NCBI GenBank assembly: GCA_035529435.1
Contig: DATKWS010000154.1
Span: forward strand, 22,064 to 86,063
From: Patescibacteria group bacterium
GTDB taxonomy: Bacteria > Krumholzibacteriota > Krumholzibacteriia > Krumholzibacteriales > Krumholzibacteriaceae
Direction of reading: 5' to 3'
Length of the DNA: 64,000 nucleotides
Shown: positions 9,710 through 18,205 of the stretch, piece after piece
Layout: every line of letters begins with the position of its first letter
Position numbering within the stretch: position 1 is the first letter of the stretch
Program-made: the position numbers and the translations under genes
Notes under the pieces: generated by a model
What the model was told of the DNA's origin: nothing
What the model saw: only the letters and a program-made list of their open reading frames with translations
Database searches by the model: none

Positions 9710-10828
9710 ATGCCGAACCGCATGCTGAATGTGCTCATCGTGGTGCTGCTGTCGTGTTCCGTCGTTGCGGAATGCGCCGTTCCCGGACGCGCCGCCGGCA
9801 CGGCGCCGGAGATCAGGATGCCCGCCGATACGATCGGTTACGCGACGGACCCCGCGCAGATCGAGGCGGTGATCATGCTCGCCGACTCGCTCGAGGCGGA
9901 TCGCTACGCGGCGAACGCGGAGCGATTTCCCCTGATGGGCGAACGGGGGATCGGCGGTGCCATCGCGCCGCACGACGACTACCTGTATGCGGGACGCGTC
10001 TACGTGCACGCGCTGCGGGAGATCAGGACGCCTCTCGTAGTGCTGTTCGGCGTGTGCCACGCGGCGCGGCGGCGCGGATTGCAGGGCAAGCTCGTATTCG
10101 ATTCTTTCGATGCGTGGAAGGGCCCGTACGGTGATTGCCCGGTGTCTCCGCTGCGTGATGAGATCATCGATGCGCTTCCCCCGGAAATGGTGCTCGTCAG
10201 TAACGAGCTGCACGCCGGGGAGCATTCCCTCGAGGCGTTCGTGCCGCTTCTCCAGTACTACAACCGGAACGTCCGCATCCTGCCCGTACTCGTCACGCGG
10301 CTCGAGGGACCGCTCTTCGCCGGGGCCGCCCGGCAGATGGCCGGCGTTCTGCATGAGGTGACGCGCAGGCACGGCATGAAGCTGGGCGAGGATTACACGA
10401 TTCTCATTTCGGCCGACTGCGTCCACTACGGCGATGACCGGTGGGACGGGAGGAATTACGCCCCGTTCGGTACGGACCGTGAGGGGTACGAGAAGGCGGT
10501 CGAACAGGATCTGTCCATTGCACGCACGTGTCTCGCACGGACGGTGAGCAGGGAGTCGATCGCCTGTTTCAGGGAACGGGTGGAGCGGGACGACCTCGAA
10601 TGGCCGTACACGGTGACGTGGTGCGGCGTCTACTCGATCCCGTTCGGTCTCAGCGTGCTGCTCGGGGTGGTGGAACGTGCCGGGCGGGAACCGCCCACCG
10701 GGCACCTCCTGCGGTACGGTACGAGCATCGATCCGGGCCCGCTGCCGCTCGGTGAAACCGGCCTCGGCGTCACCAACATCAATACGTTGCGTCACTGGGT
10801 GGGGCATGCGGCAATCGGGTACTGGTGA
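9710..10828 (+). CDS. Memo-like protein (MEMO1 / AmmeMemoRadiSam system protein B family) with N-terminal signal peptide
   Basis: Conserved APHDDYxYAG, HAGEHSLEAFVPLLQY and ADCVHYG motifs of the MEMO1 fold. Hydrophobic secretion-type N-terminus MLNVLIVVLLSCSVVA. Confidence 0.65.
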   Translation: MPNRMLNVLIVVLLSCSVVAECAVPGRAAGTAPEIRMPADTIGYATDPAQIEAVIMLADSLEADRYAANAERFPLMGERGIGGAIAPHDDYLYAGRVYVHALREIRTPLVVLFGVCHAARRRGLQGKLVFDSFDAWKGPYGDCPVSPLRDEIIDALPPEMVLVSNELHAGEHSLEAFVPLLQYYNRNVRILPVLVTRLEGPLFAGAARQMAGVLHEVTRRHGMKLGEDYTILISADCVHYGDDRWDGRNYAPFGTDREGYEKAVEQDLSIARTCLARTVSRESIACFRERVERDDLEWPYTVTWCGVYSIPFGLSVLLGVVERAGREPPTGHLLRYGTSIDPGPLPLGETGLGVTNINTLRHWVGHAAIGYW

Positions 10829-10889
10829 CGGGATGCGCCGCGGCTGTTATGTATTGGGGCTCGGCCCCCGTGCACCCTGCGGCTGTGAC

Positions 10890-11237
10890 TCAGGAGGGAT
10901 CGAGCTCCAGCACATCCCCGGCACGTGTTCCGCTCTCGGCGAGGCAGTTGGAGGGGAGCTCGAGGACGCCGATCGCATCGGGCACCTCGTCGGTGTAGCA
11001 GTTCGGAGGGAAGTTGCGCAGCACCTTGACGATCCGTCCCTCCCTGTCGAGGAACGCGATATCAACCGGCTGGTGAATGCCGACCGTGTACACGGCGTGG
11101 CACGGCGTTATCCATACCCCGCAGTCATCGGGGATACCGCTTCGGTTCAGGAAATGGAGCGTCTCGCGAAAATGCGCGTTGAAGTTGAGAAGCGTCGTCG
11201 CGAGAAACGTGCCGCGGGTCCTGTTTCGTACCGACAT
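10890..11237 (-). CDS. DUF192 (ACR, COG1430) domain protein
   Basis: 115 aa. Sequence pattern GIPDDCGVWITPCHAVYTVGIHQPVDIAFLDREGRIV matches the conserved DUF192 core. Confidence 0.5.
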   Translation of the reverse strand: MSVRNRTRGTFLATTLLNFNAHFRETLHFLNRSGIPDDCGVWITPCHAVYTVGIHQPVDIAFLDREGRIVKVLRNFPPNCYTDEVPDAIGVLELPSNCLAESGTRAGDVLELDPS

Positions 11238-11250
11238 TCTCGGTGCTCCT

Positions 11251-11883
11251 CTACCAGGTGATTCCCAGCATCAAGACGGCGATGACGGCGAGAGCGATTT
11301 TGCCCGGCCACGGGAGAATCTCACTTTGTGCCGGTGTGATCGAGATCGTTGCGTGCCCTCCGTGGGGGACACCGGGTTCTCCGAACGGCGCACCATCTCT
11401 GCTGTCGTCATCGAGCATGCGATGCGATTCCATCTCGACGAGGGAGGGTCGAATGATGCCGTGGTAGGGTGTCAACGGATAGAATGGCATGCCCTGGAAG
11501 AGGGATTCCGTCATGAACGTCGTGCGCGCTTTCAGGACATGCTGGACCAGAACGAAACCGGTGGCGATGCAATAGGCGAGCGCGAAATTGATCGGTCCCA
11601 CGGCCGTGCCGATGACACAGGTCGTGAATATGTCGGCGCGCTTCATCCATCCAAGACGATGGAGCGGCAGCGCGAGGAGCGCCGCCGTTCCGGCGCCGGA
11701 AAGGCCGATCACGATGCCATTCATACCTTCCGTGACACTGTAGAGTGGCAGGGTCACGGCGATCGCAACCGCATTGATGATCCCCTGGAGATTCGGTCTT
11801 TTCGATCTGTTGATCACCGCGGAAAAGACGAGAAAGACCGTAATGAGCCGGAGAACCGAACTGTCCGAAATCCAGACTGACAT
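11251..11883 (-). CDS. hypothetical polytopic membrane protein
   Basis: ORF with five or more hydrophobic helices. No diagnostic motif was recognised. Start is assigned to an internal ATG. Confidence 0.35.
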   Translation of the reverse strand: MSVWISDSSVLRLITVFLVFSAVINRSKRPNLQGIINAVAIAVTLPLYSVTEGMNGIVIGLSGAGTAALLALPLHRLGWMKRADIFTTCVIGTAVGPINFALAYCIATGFVLVQHVLKARTTFMTESLFQGMPFYPLTPYHGIIRPSLVEMESHRMLDDDSRDGAPFGEPGVPHGGHATISITPAQSEILPWPGKIALAVIAVLMLGITW

Positions 11884-12303
11884 TCGCGCCACCCCTTTGC
11901 ACAGCCCTGATACGATCTTCCATCTACACAGCATAACAAGATGTATTCCTCATCTCGTCCCGCCGCGACACGCGATCGATGCCCATCGCTACGATTGCAT
12001 CTTCATCGATTCAATCGTTTTATTTATAATGAGTTATATTTTAAGCTCCCGGCGTCGTATCCTGATGGAGGGGGAAGGCGTCACGGTGATTCCCGGTGCG
12101 GGATGGGTGGAAGTACCCAGTTCGAGCGGCGCCGGGCTGCCGGTGTGGGCCAAATCCCGTAGCCGCGAATCGAGAAGGATCGATGCGTGCGCGTCGTTTC
12201 CCGTACTGCTGTGTTGTTCCCTGTCGTGAATCGTCGCGGATGGTCGTGCATGCCGCCGCCGGTCGCCACGGCGCACCGCCGTCACCGTGATTTTGTGCGT
12301 TCA

Positions 12304-13647
12304 TTACTTCGTCGTACGCCCGCCGCGCGCCGATGCGGCCGTCGAGTATTCGTAGATCGTTCTGCTCTTGAAGATAAAGAACGCGAGGATGCCGCCGATG
12401 ATGGCGGGGAGGGCGTAGTATGCGCCGAAGATACGGATCGTGATGATGATCGCAGCGATCGGAATGTTCATCGCGGCGCCGAGGATCGCGGCGACGCCGC
12501 AGGCGATGCAACTGTGGTAGGCCGGGGTCCCGGCGCCGAATCCGGACAGCGAGCTCATCAGTGCGCCGCTTCCCATCCCGAGGATGATCAGGGGGCCGGT
12601 GAATCCCCCGCTCATACCGCTCCCGACGGTCAGGGATGTGGCGGCGATCTTGACGAAAAGAACGATGACGAGGAACAGGGAGACGTGATCGCGGAGGAAG
12701 GGGTGCGTGACGACCGCCGCCGGGTCACCGCCCGCAACGGAGAAGAAAAAAGGCATCGATGTTCCGAGCGCCCACCGCGCGTGCAGGAGCCACGCAGCGG
12801 AGACGAGAATCCCCGCGATCGCGGCCCGTCCGGGCTGGCCGAACGGGAGGCGGTGGAATGCCCGGGAGGTTCTCTCGAACGAGATGATGAACAGCACGCC
12901 GAACGCACCGGCGACCACGGCCACGAGGAGGAGCCAGAGGGCGAGCGCGCCGGTCATGCTGAATGCGGGGGCCGCCACACGGAAGATCGGTTCCTGGCCG
13001 AGCAGGTGGCGCGAGGCGGCGTACGCGACGCCGCCGGTCAGGATCGAGGGAAAGAGGTCGCTGTACCGGAGCGATTCCTTGCGGAGGATCTCCGCCGCGA
13101 AGAATCCGCCGCCGAGGGGTGCGTGGAAGATCGCGCTCACGGCACCGCTCACGCCGCAGATCGCGGCGATGCGGATATCCTCCTCGCCGTGCAGCTTGAA
13201 GATCCGGCCGAGCAGGACGGTCGTGGAGCTCCCGGCGCCTGCGCAGATCCGGGCCAGGGGTCCCACGATCCCGCCGCTGCAGTACGATCCCAGTGTGACG
13301 ATCGTGGCGGGGAATTTCAAGGCCGTCGCCGCGAGGCTCAACCGTCCCGTTCCCGCATTGACGCTCCGCAGGTAGGAGGGAATCCCCTCGCCGCCCGCTT
13401 CCGGCACCCGGCGGACAAGGAGCGTTCCGACGATAACGGCCCCCAGGAGCGGCACGATAAAAGGCGCACGGGGGATCCATCGGGGGGCCGCAGCCAGCCC
13501 CCACTCCAGCGTGATATTGAACAGGGCGACGATGAGCGCGCTGCACACGCCCGTCACGAGGGCGATGGCGATCCACCGCGCAAGGAGTATGAACGATTGC
13601 TGGATATCGCCGGATTTCTTCTGCTCGATGACTCTACTCCCGGCCAC
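12304..13647 (-). CDS. ClC-family voltage-gated chloride channel / H+-Cl- antiporter
   Basis: 447 aa with 10 or more TM segments. Selectivity-filter-like motifs GGEGIP and GIVGP (GSGIP / GxFxP classes). Confidence 0.7.
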   Translation of the reverse strand: MAGSRVIEQKKSGDIQQSFILLARWIAIALVTGVCSALIVALFNITLEWGLAAAPRWIPRAPFIVPLLGAVIVGTLLVRRVPEAGGEGIPSYLRSVNAGTGRLSLAATALKFPATIVTLGSYCSGGIVGPLARICAGAGSSTTVLLGRIFKLHGEEDIRIAAICGVSGAVSAIFHAPLGGGFFAAEILRKESLRYSDLFPSILTGGVAYAASRHLLGQEPIFRVAAPAFSMTGALALWLLLVAVVAGAFGVLFIISFERTSRAFHRLPFGQPGRAAIAGILVSAAWLLHARWALGTSMPFFFSVAGGDPAAVVTHPFLRDHVSLFLVIVLFVKIAATSLTVGSGMSGGFTGPLIILGMGSGALMSSLSGFGAGTPAYHSCIACGVAAILGAAMNIPIAAIIITIRIFGAYYALPAIIGGILAFFIFKSRTIYEYSTAASARGGRTTK

Positions 13648-13697
13648 GTGTTTTTTCGTTTACATCGCGCCGCGGCGCCGGTCAGGCCTTCGAACCG

Positions 13698-14780
13698 CTA
13701 CGGCCCGACACCGGCGATCCGCCGGAACGCTTGTTCGACACGCTCCATATTGGTTTCCCACAGGCCACGCTCGCGCACGAGGCGCACGTTCCGTTCTCGG
13801 ACCGATCGCGCGAGTTCGCGGTCCCGTATCATGTCGATTACGGCGCGGGCAAGGGCGGGACGGTCGCCGGGCGGGAAGAGGAGTCCGTTCACGCCGTCTT
13901 CGATCCATTCCCTGTTCGCCGGTATATCCGTCACGACCGGGGGGGCGCCGCAGGCCATCGCCTCGAGAAGGGAAACCGAGGTCGAATCCGATCGCGATGT
14001 CGATACGTAGACGGCGGCGGATTGGAGCACCGCGACGATGCTCTCCGTCGTCGTTCTCCCCTCGAATGCGATTCGGTCCTGCACTCCCCGCGCCGATGCG
14101 AGGTGCTCGAGGCGGTCCCGCGCGGGCCCCTCGCCGACCACGACGAACCGTGCGCCCGTATCTTCGACGATCTCCGGTGCGGCATCGATCAGGAGGTCGA
14201 TATTGTAAATGGGATGGAGCTTGCGCGTGCTGACGACGATCGGCGCGCCGCGGTCCGGCGCGCCGCGGTCGCCGGCGGGGAGATGGAAAACGGCCGCGTC
14301 GATTCCGAAGTATGCCTTGAGAATCCTCTCCCGCGGCGCACCGATGTCGGACGCGATGCCGGAGAGCACGTCGGCGTCGGTCGTGACGAGATCGGCGCGG
14401 CGGATCGCGTACCGGATCTGCGTCCGGTGGAGAGGGGAGGAAGGGTAGTCGACGAGGAGGTCGGAACCGAGCGCCGATACGGCGAACGGACGGTGCCCGC
14501 AGAGCGCGCCGAGCAGTCCGTACCCGCCGACGTACAGGGAGTTCACCAGCTCGGGCTGGAAATCGGCGAGGAGCTTTTTGACCGCACCGAGTGCCGCGAG
14601 GTATCCGAGCAGCTTTGTCGGCAGGTGCTTCGCCAGGCGCACCGAGGGGAAGGGGCATCCCGTCACATCCTCGAACGAGATCAGCAGCACTTCATGGCCC
14701 CGCCCGTGGAAGTAGGAGACCCAGCGCCTGACATGGTTCAACGAGCCGTCCCCGAGGAATGCCATCCGCATTCGCCACAC
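13698..14780 (-). CDS. glycosyltransferase family 4 (GT-B fold)
   Basis: C-terminal EX7E-like region with the hallmark FEG/FPS and E..G..P.V pattern (AFEGRTTTESIVAVLQSAAVYVSTSRSDSTSVSLLEAMACGAPPV). Confidence 0.7.
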   Translation of the reverse strand: MWRMRMAFLGDGSLNHVRRWVSYFHGRGHEVLLISFEDVTGCPFPSVRLAKHLPTKLLGYLAALGAVKKLLADFQPELVNSLYVGGYGLLGALCGHRPFAVSALGSDLLVDYPSSPLHRTQIRYAIRRADLVTTDADVLSGIASDIGAPRERILKAYFGIDAAVFHLPAGDRGAPDRGAPIVVSTRKLHPIYNIDLLIDAAPEIVEDTGARFVVVGEGPARDRLEHLASARGVQDRIAFEGRTTTESIVAVLQSAAVYVSTSRSDSTSVSLLEAMACGAPPVVTDIPANREWIEDGVNGLLFPPGDRPALARAVIDMIRDRELARSVRERNVRLVRERGLWETNMERVEQAFRRIAGVGP

Positions 14781-14964
14781 CCTCCCATGATTGAATAATA
14801 CAAGCGGTTATAACAGAAAACGTGTTGAATGAATAGCATATAGTTACGGGGCGCCGGGCCGGGTGGGATCCTTCATGTGTAAGACGCACCGGCGCGTTTT
14901 TCCCCCGAGCATTTGACACCTCGCCCCACACCCGCTAGAATGTCCCGTTGGGAGTGTAGGGACA

Positions 14965-16329
14965 ATGAGCATATTCAACGGCACACGGCTCACCGACGAG
15001 GCCTTCAAGCTCGATATCGACCGGATGCGGCGCGGCTGGTATTCGGACAAGTACTTCGAGAACAGCGTGCGCATGTATGAGGAACTGGTCCGGCGCGGTT
15101 ACTCGTTCCGGGGGCGCTCGCCCGCTCTCGAGACGCGGGGCATGCCGCCCGACGCCGTCTCGATCGGGGATATGGAGGTCGAGATGCAGTGGTTCACGCG
15201 GCGCCGGCCGTTCACGCTGGTGGCCGGCGTGGACAAGGCGCTCGCGATGATCCGTCACTGCGCCGGATACTTCGATGAACGGGACACCTTCGTCGAGACA
15301 TACGGCCGTCTCGATATCGAGGCGGTCGAGGACGGCGTGAAGGTGCCGCACGAGGGCGGCCCGCTGCGGGTGTGGCCCGTGATGCGTGTGCGGGGACGGT
15401 ACCGTGATTTCGCCATACTCGAGACTCCCACCCTCGGCGCATTGAGCCGGGCAAGCCGTATCGCAACGAACGTGTACGAGGTGCTCGTTGCGGCTCGGGG
15501 CAAACCGGTCCTCTTCTTTCCGGCACGGTTCGATGCGCACGAGATCCAGGCGGCCGACGGGTACGCCTACGATATCGCCGTCCGGCGGTATGCGCTCGAT
15601 ACGGGCCGTGAAGTCGGCTCGTACGTTTCGACCGACGCGCAGGGGGACTGGTGGGGCGGCGCGGGGGGCGGCACCGTCGCCCATGCCGCGATCGCCTCCT
15701 TCCTCGGCGATACCGCCGAGCTGATGGTCGCCTTCGCCGAGACGCGGCCACCCGATGTGCCGCGGATTGCCCTTGTCGATTTTCATAACGACTCGGTCGG
15801 GGACTCGCTCGCCGTCCTGGAGGCGTTGTTCACCCGGTACCGGCGGTGCATCGATCGGGGCGACGAGACGGCGGCGAACAGGTACCGGCTCTACGGCGTG
15901 CGTCTCGACACGAGCGGTTCGATGCGTGACGTGAGCGTGCCGGAGCTCGGTGACCCCTCGCGGGAGTGCGGGGTCACGCCGGAGCTCGTGGTGATCGTGC
16001 GCACGGCCCTTGACAGGGCGTACGAGGGCTGGAACATCCCACCCTCCTGGCACGGGCGCGCCCGCGAGTACTGCCGCTCGGTGAAGATCGTCGCGACGGG
16101 CGGATTCGATCCGGAGCGGATCGGGGAATTCGAACGGCGCGGGGTCCCCGTCGATATCTACGGCGTCGGTTCGTGGCTGCTCTCATCGTGCAGGCGTTGC
16201 GGAACGAACAACGATTTTACCGCCGATGTGGTGCGTGTGCGGGTGAGCGAAGAGTGGATTCCGATGGCGAAGATCGGGCGGGCTCCGGGGGAGAATCCCG
16301 ATCTGAGACCGGTTTCATTTCAGGAGTAG
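14965..16329 (+). CDS. pncB: nicotinate phosphoribosyltransferase (archaeal/type II NAPRTase family)
   Basis: Conserved RLDTSGS (phosphoribosyl-binding) motif, GGF...G glycine-rich C-terminal region and overall length about 450 aa. Confidence 0.75.
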   Translation: MSIFNGTRLTDEAFKLDIDRMRRGWYSDKYFENSVRMYEELVRRGYSFRGRSPALETRGMPPDAVSIGDMEVEMQWFTRRRPFTLVAGVDKALAMIRHCAGYFDERDTFVETYGRLDIEAVEDGVKVPHEGGPLRVWPVMRVRGRYRDFAILETPTLGALSRASRIATNVYEVLVAARGKPVLFFPARFDAHEIQAADGYAYDIAVRRYALDTGREVGSYVSTDAQGDWWGGAGGGTVAHAAIASFLGDTAELMVAFAETRPPDVPRIALVDFHNDSVGDSLAVLEALFTRYRRCIDRGDETAANRYRLYGVRLDTSGSMRDVSVPELGDPSRECGVTPELVVIVRTALDRAYEGWNIPPSWHGRAREYCRSVKIVATGGFDPERIGEFERRGVPVDIYGVGSWLLSSCRRCGTNNDFTADVVRVRVSEEWIPMAKIGRAPGENPDLRPVSFQE

Positions 16330-16347
16330 AGGCACGGAGGGGGGATC

Positions 16348-17058
16348 ATGAACGAGGAGTCGTTATCCGAGAGGTCGGAGCCGTTTGTGCGGTGGCTCGG
16401 TGTATGGCGGGATGGTCTCGACCGCCGATCGTTCGCCGCGGCGGTTCCGGAATCCGGCGCCGCCGCGGTCATGTCGGTCGATCTGATCAACGGATTTTGC
16501 TACGAGGGTCCGCTGGCGAGCCCGCGTGTCGCGGCCATCGTGCCGGCGGTGGTGGCGCTCTTCGAAACGGCCCATGCCGCGGAGGTGAACCGTTTTCTCC
16601 TCTTCCAGGACACCCACGGCGATGAGGCTTCCGAGTTCGACGCGTTCGGTCCACACTGCATCGCCGGCACGCGTCAGGCGGAGACGATCCCCGCGCTGGC
16701 CGCACTTCCATTCTCCGGCCTGTTCCGCATCGTCGGGAAGAACTCCCTATCCCCGGCGAGCGGGACGATCCTCGATGAGTGGATCGATTCGCACGGAGAA
16801 ATCGATCATTTCATCGTCGTCGGTGACTGTACGGACCTCTGCGTCTACCAGCTCGCCATGCATCTCAGGCTCACCGCGAACGCCGCGAATATACGCCGCA
16901 CCGTCATCGTGCCGGCCGATTGTGTCGAGACGTACGACATGCAGGTCGAATGGGCGGGCGAGATGGGGGTCCTTCCGCACGACGGCGGGTTGCTCCACAC
17001 GCTGTTTTTGTATCATCTCGCGTTGAACGGCGTCGAGATCATCGCCGGCATCGATTGA
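16348..17058 (+). CDS. pncA: isochorismatase-family hydrolase, probable nicotinamidase
   Basis: Conserved D...K...C triad spacing (VDLINGFC, catalytic Cys in GDCTDLCVYQ). Lies immediately downstream of pncB. Confidence 0.65.
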   Translation: MNEESLSERSEPFVRWLGVWRDGLDRRSFAAAVPESGAAAVMSVDLINGFCYEGPLASPRVAAIVPAVVALFETAHAAEVNRFLLFQDTHGDEASEFDAFGPHCIAGTRQAETIPALAALPFSGLFRIVGKNSLSPASGTILDEWIDSHGEIDHFIVVGDCTDLCVYQLAMHLRLTANAANIRRTVIVPADCVETYDMQVEWAGEMGVLPHDGGLLHTLFLYHLALNGVEIIAGID

Positions 17059-17216
17059 TCGCTCACGGTCATCCCTGCGGCCGTCGAGTGATCACGTACC
17101 GGCCGCGCGGCCGAAGCGAAGTATAATTACGTTTGACCGGCCGGTGTCCGAGGCGTAACTTGAACGTGTTTCGAAGGAACGACAGAGCCACAGGTTATCT
17201 GAGAGGAGGCGGTAAC

Positions 17217-17561
17217 ATGGATTGCAGGCAGAATCTGCTGGATGCATTCCAGGCGTGCGGTGAGGCGGCTGTTCTGTACCGCGGCCAGAACATCCTGATG
17301 GCGAACGAGAACTTCGCATCGCTCTTCGGGCGTACCGTTGATGAGTGCGCGGGGCTGCCTATTCTCGAGATATGTCACAACGAGTCGATCGAGATGATTC
17401 AGGACTACATACGACGGCGTGCCCTCGGCAACCACGATCTCCCATCCTCGTACGAGGCGACGTTCCGGACCCCGAGCGAACCGAAGACGATCATGCATCT
17501 CACGGTGGTCAAGTTGAGGAATGTCGAGGGAGCATTGGTCCTCTTCAACAAGAAGGAATAA
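17217..17561 (+). CDS. small stand-alone PAS-domain protein
   Basis: 114 aa with a strong RBS GAGAGGAGG. PAS-like core (ILMANENFASLFGRTVDECAGLPILEI). Confidence 0.4.
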   Translation: MDCRQNLLDAFQACGEAAVLYRGQNILMANENFASLFGRTVDECAGLPILEICHNESIEMIQDYIRRRALGNHDLPSSYEATFRTPSEPKTIMHLTVVKLRNVEGALVLFNKKE

Positions 17562-17588
17562 CGGTTCCACCGCCGGAGCCGGGCGCCG

Positions 17589-18122
17589 CTACATGAATTT
17601 CGCGCTGAAGCCGCCGTACACCTTGAGCGAATCTCCGTCGTGGTATTCGCTGCCGAGAACGGCCTCGATCGAGAACTGCACGATTCCCGGAACGCCGCAT
17701 CCCACATCCTCGAACAGGATCCATCCGTGCGACTCGGGCTGTGCGGTCGAGATCTCGTTCGGTGTATCGAGGACGAAGATGTCGACGCCGGACGGCTCGT
17801 TCCAAACATAGTAATTGGAAAAGTCGATTTTCTCGCCCGGCCCGATGTCGTCGAGGACGGCGCGCAGGCTCCAGTAATTGCCGCCGCCGTCCCATCACCT
17901 GATATGCAACGTCCGGGTGGGGACTTCTCCCTGTTCCCACGGCCCGCACCAGATCGACACGTGCGGCTCGAAACCGATACGGGATCCGTCCGTCCGTTCG
18001 AAAACGAGGGTATTCTCGACGGAAAAAGAATTGCCCGGACCGTTCGAATCATCGCTGCACCCGCCGATCGCCATGGCCGCGATAAAGCCCGTGATCAATA
18101 TGATCGTGGATATTCGCCGCAT
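17589..18122 (-). pseudogene. lipoprotein gene interrupted by an in-frame TGA (pseudogene, sequencing error or recoded)
   Basis: Signal peptide with lipobox MRRISTIILITGFIAAMAIGGC-SDD. Reading frame is continuous across the TGA at 17895-17897 (…TLHIR*WDGGGNYWSLRAV…), then 103 more codons to TAG at 17589. Confidence 0.4.
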
Positions 18123-18205
18123 CGCCTGATCTACTCCCGAATAGGATATCGATTCCGCTCTACTGCTTGATTCGCCGTCGAGTCTAACGGTAGGCCGTTT
18201 ACGAA

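Noticed and set aside
12187-14010. 607-aa plus-strand ORF spanning the ClC and glycosyltransferase loci
   Set aside because: Extremely Asp/Arg/Glu/Gly-rich with no hydrophobic core. It is antisense to two confidently assigned genes.
17895-17897. Alternative genetic code (UGA reassigned) as explanation for the in-frame TGA
   Set aside because: TGA terminates many confidently called genes in this window (for example OPT at 2114-2116 and the CoA-transferase-GNAT fusion), so a genome-wide reassignment is not supported. A local event is more likely.
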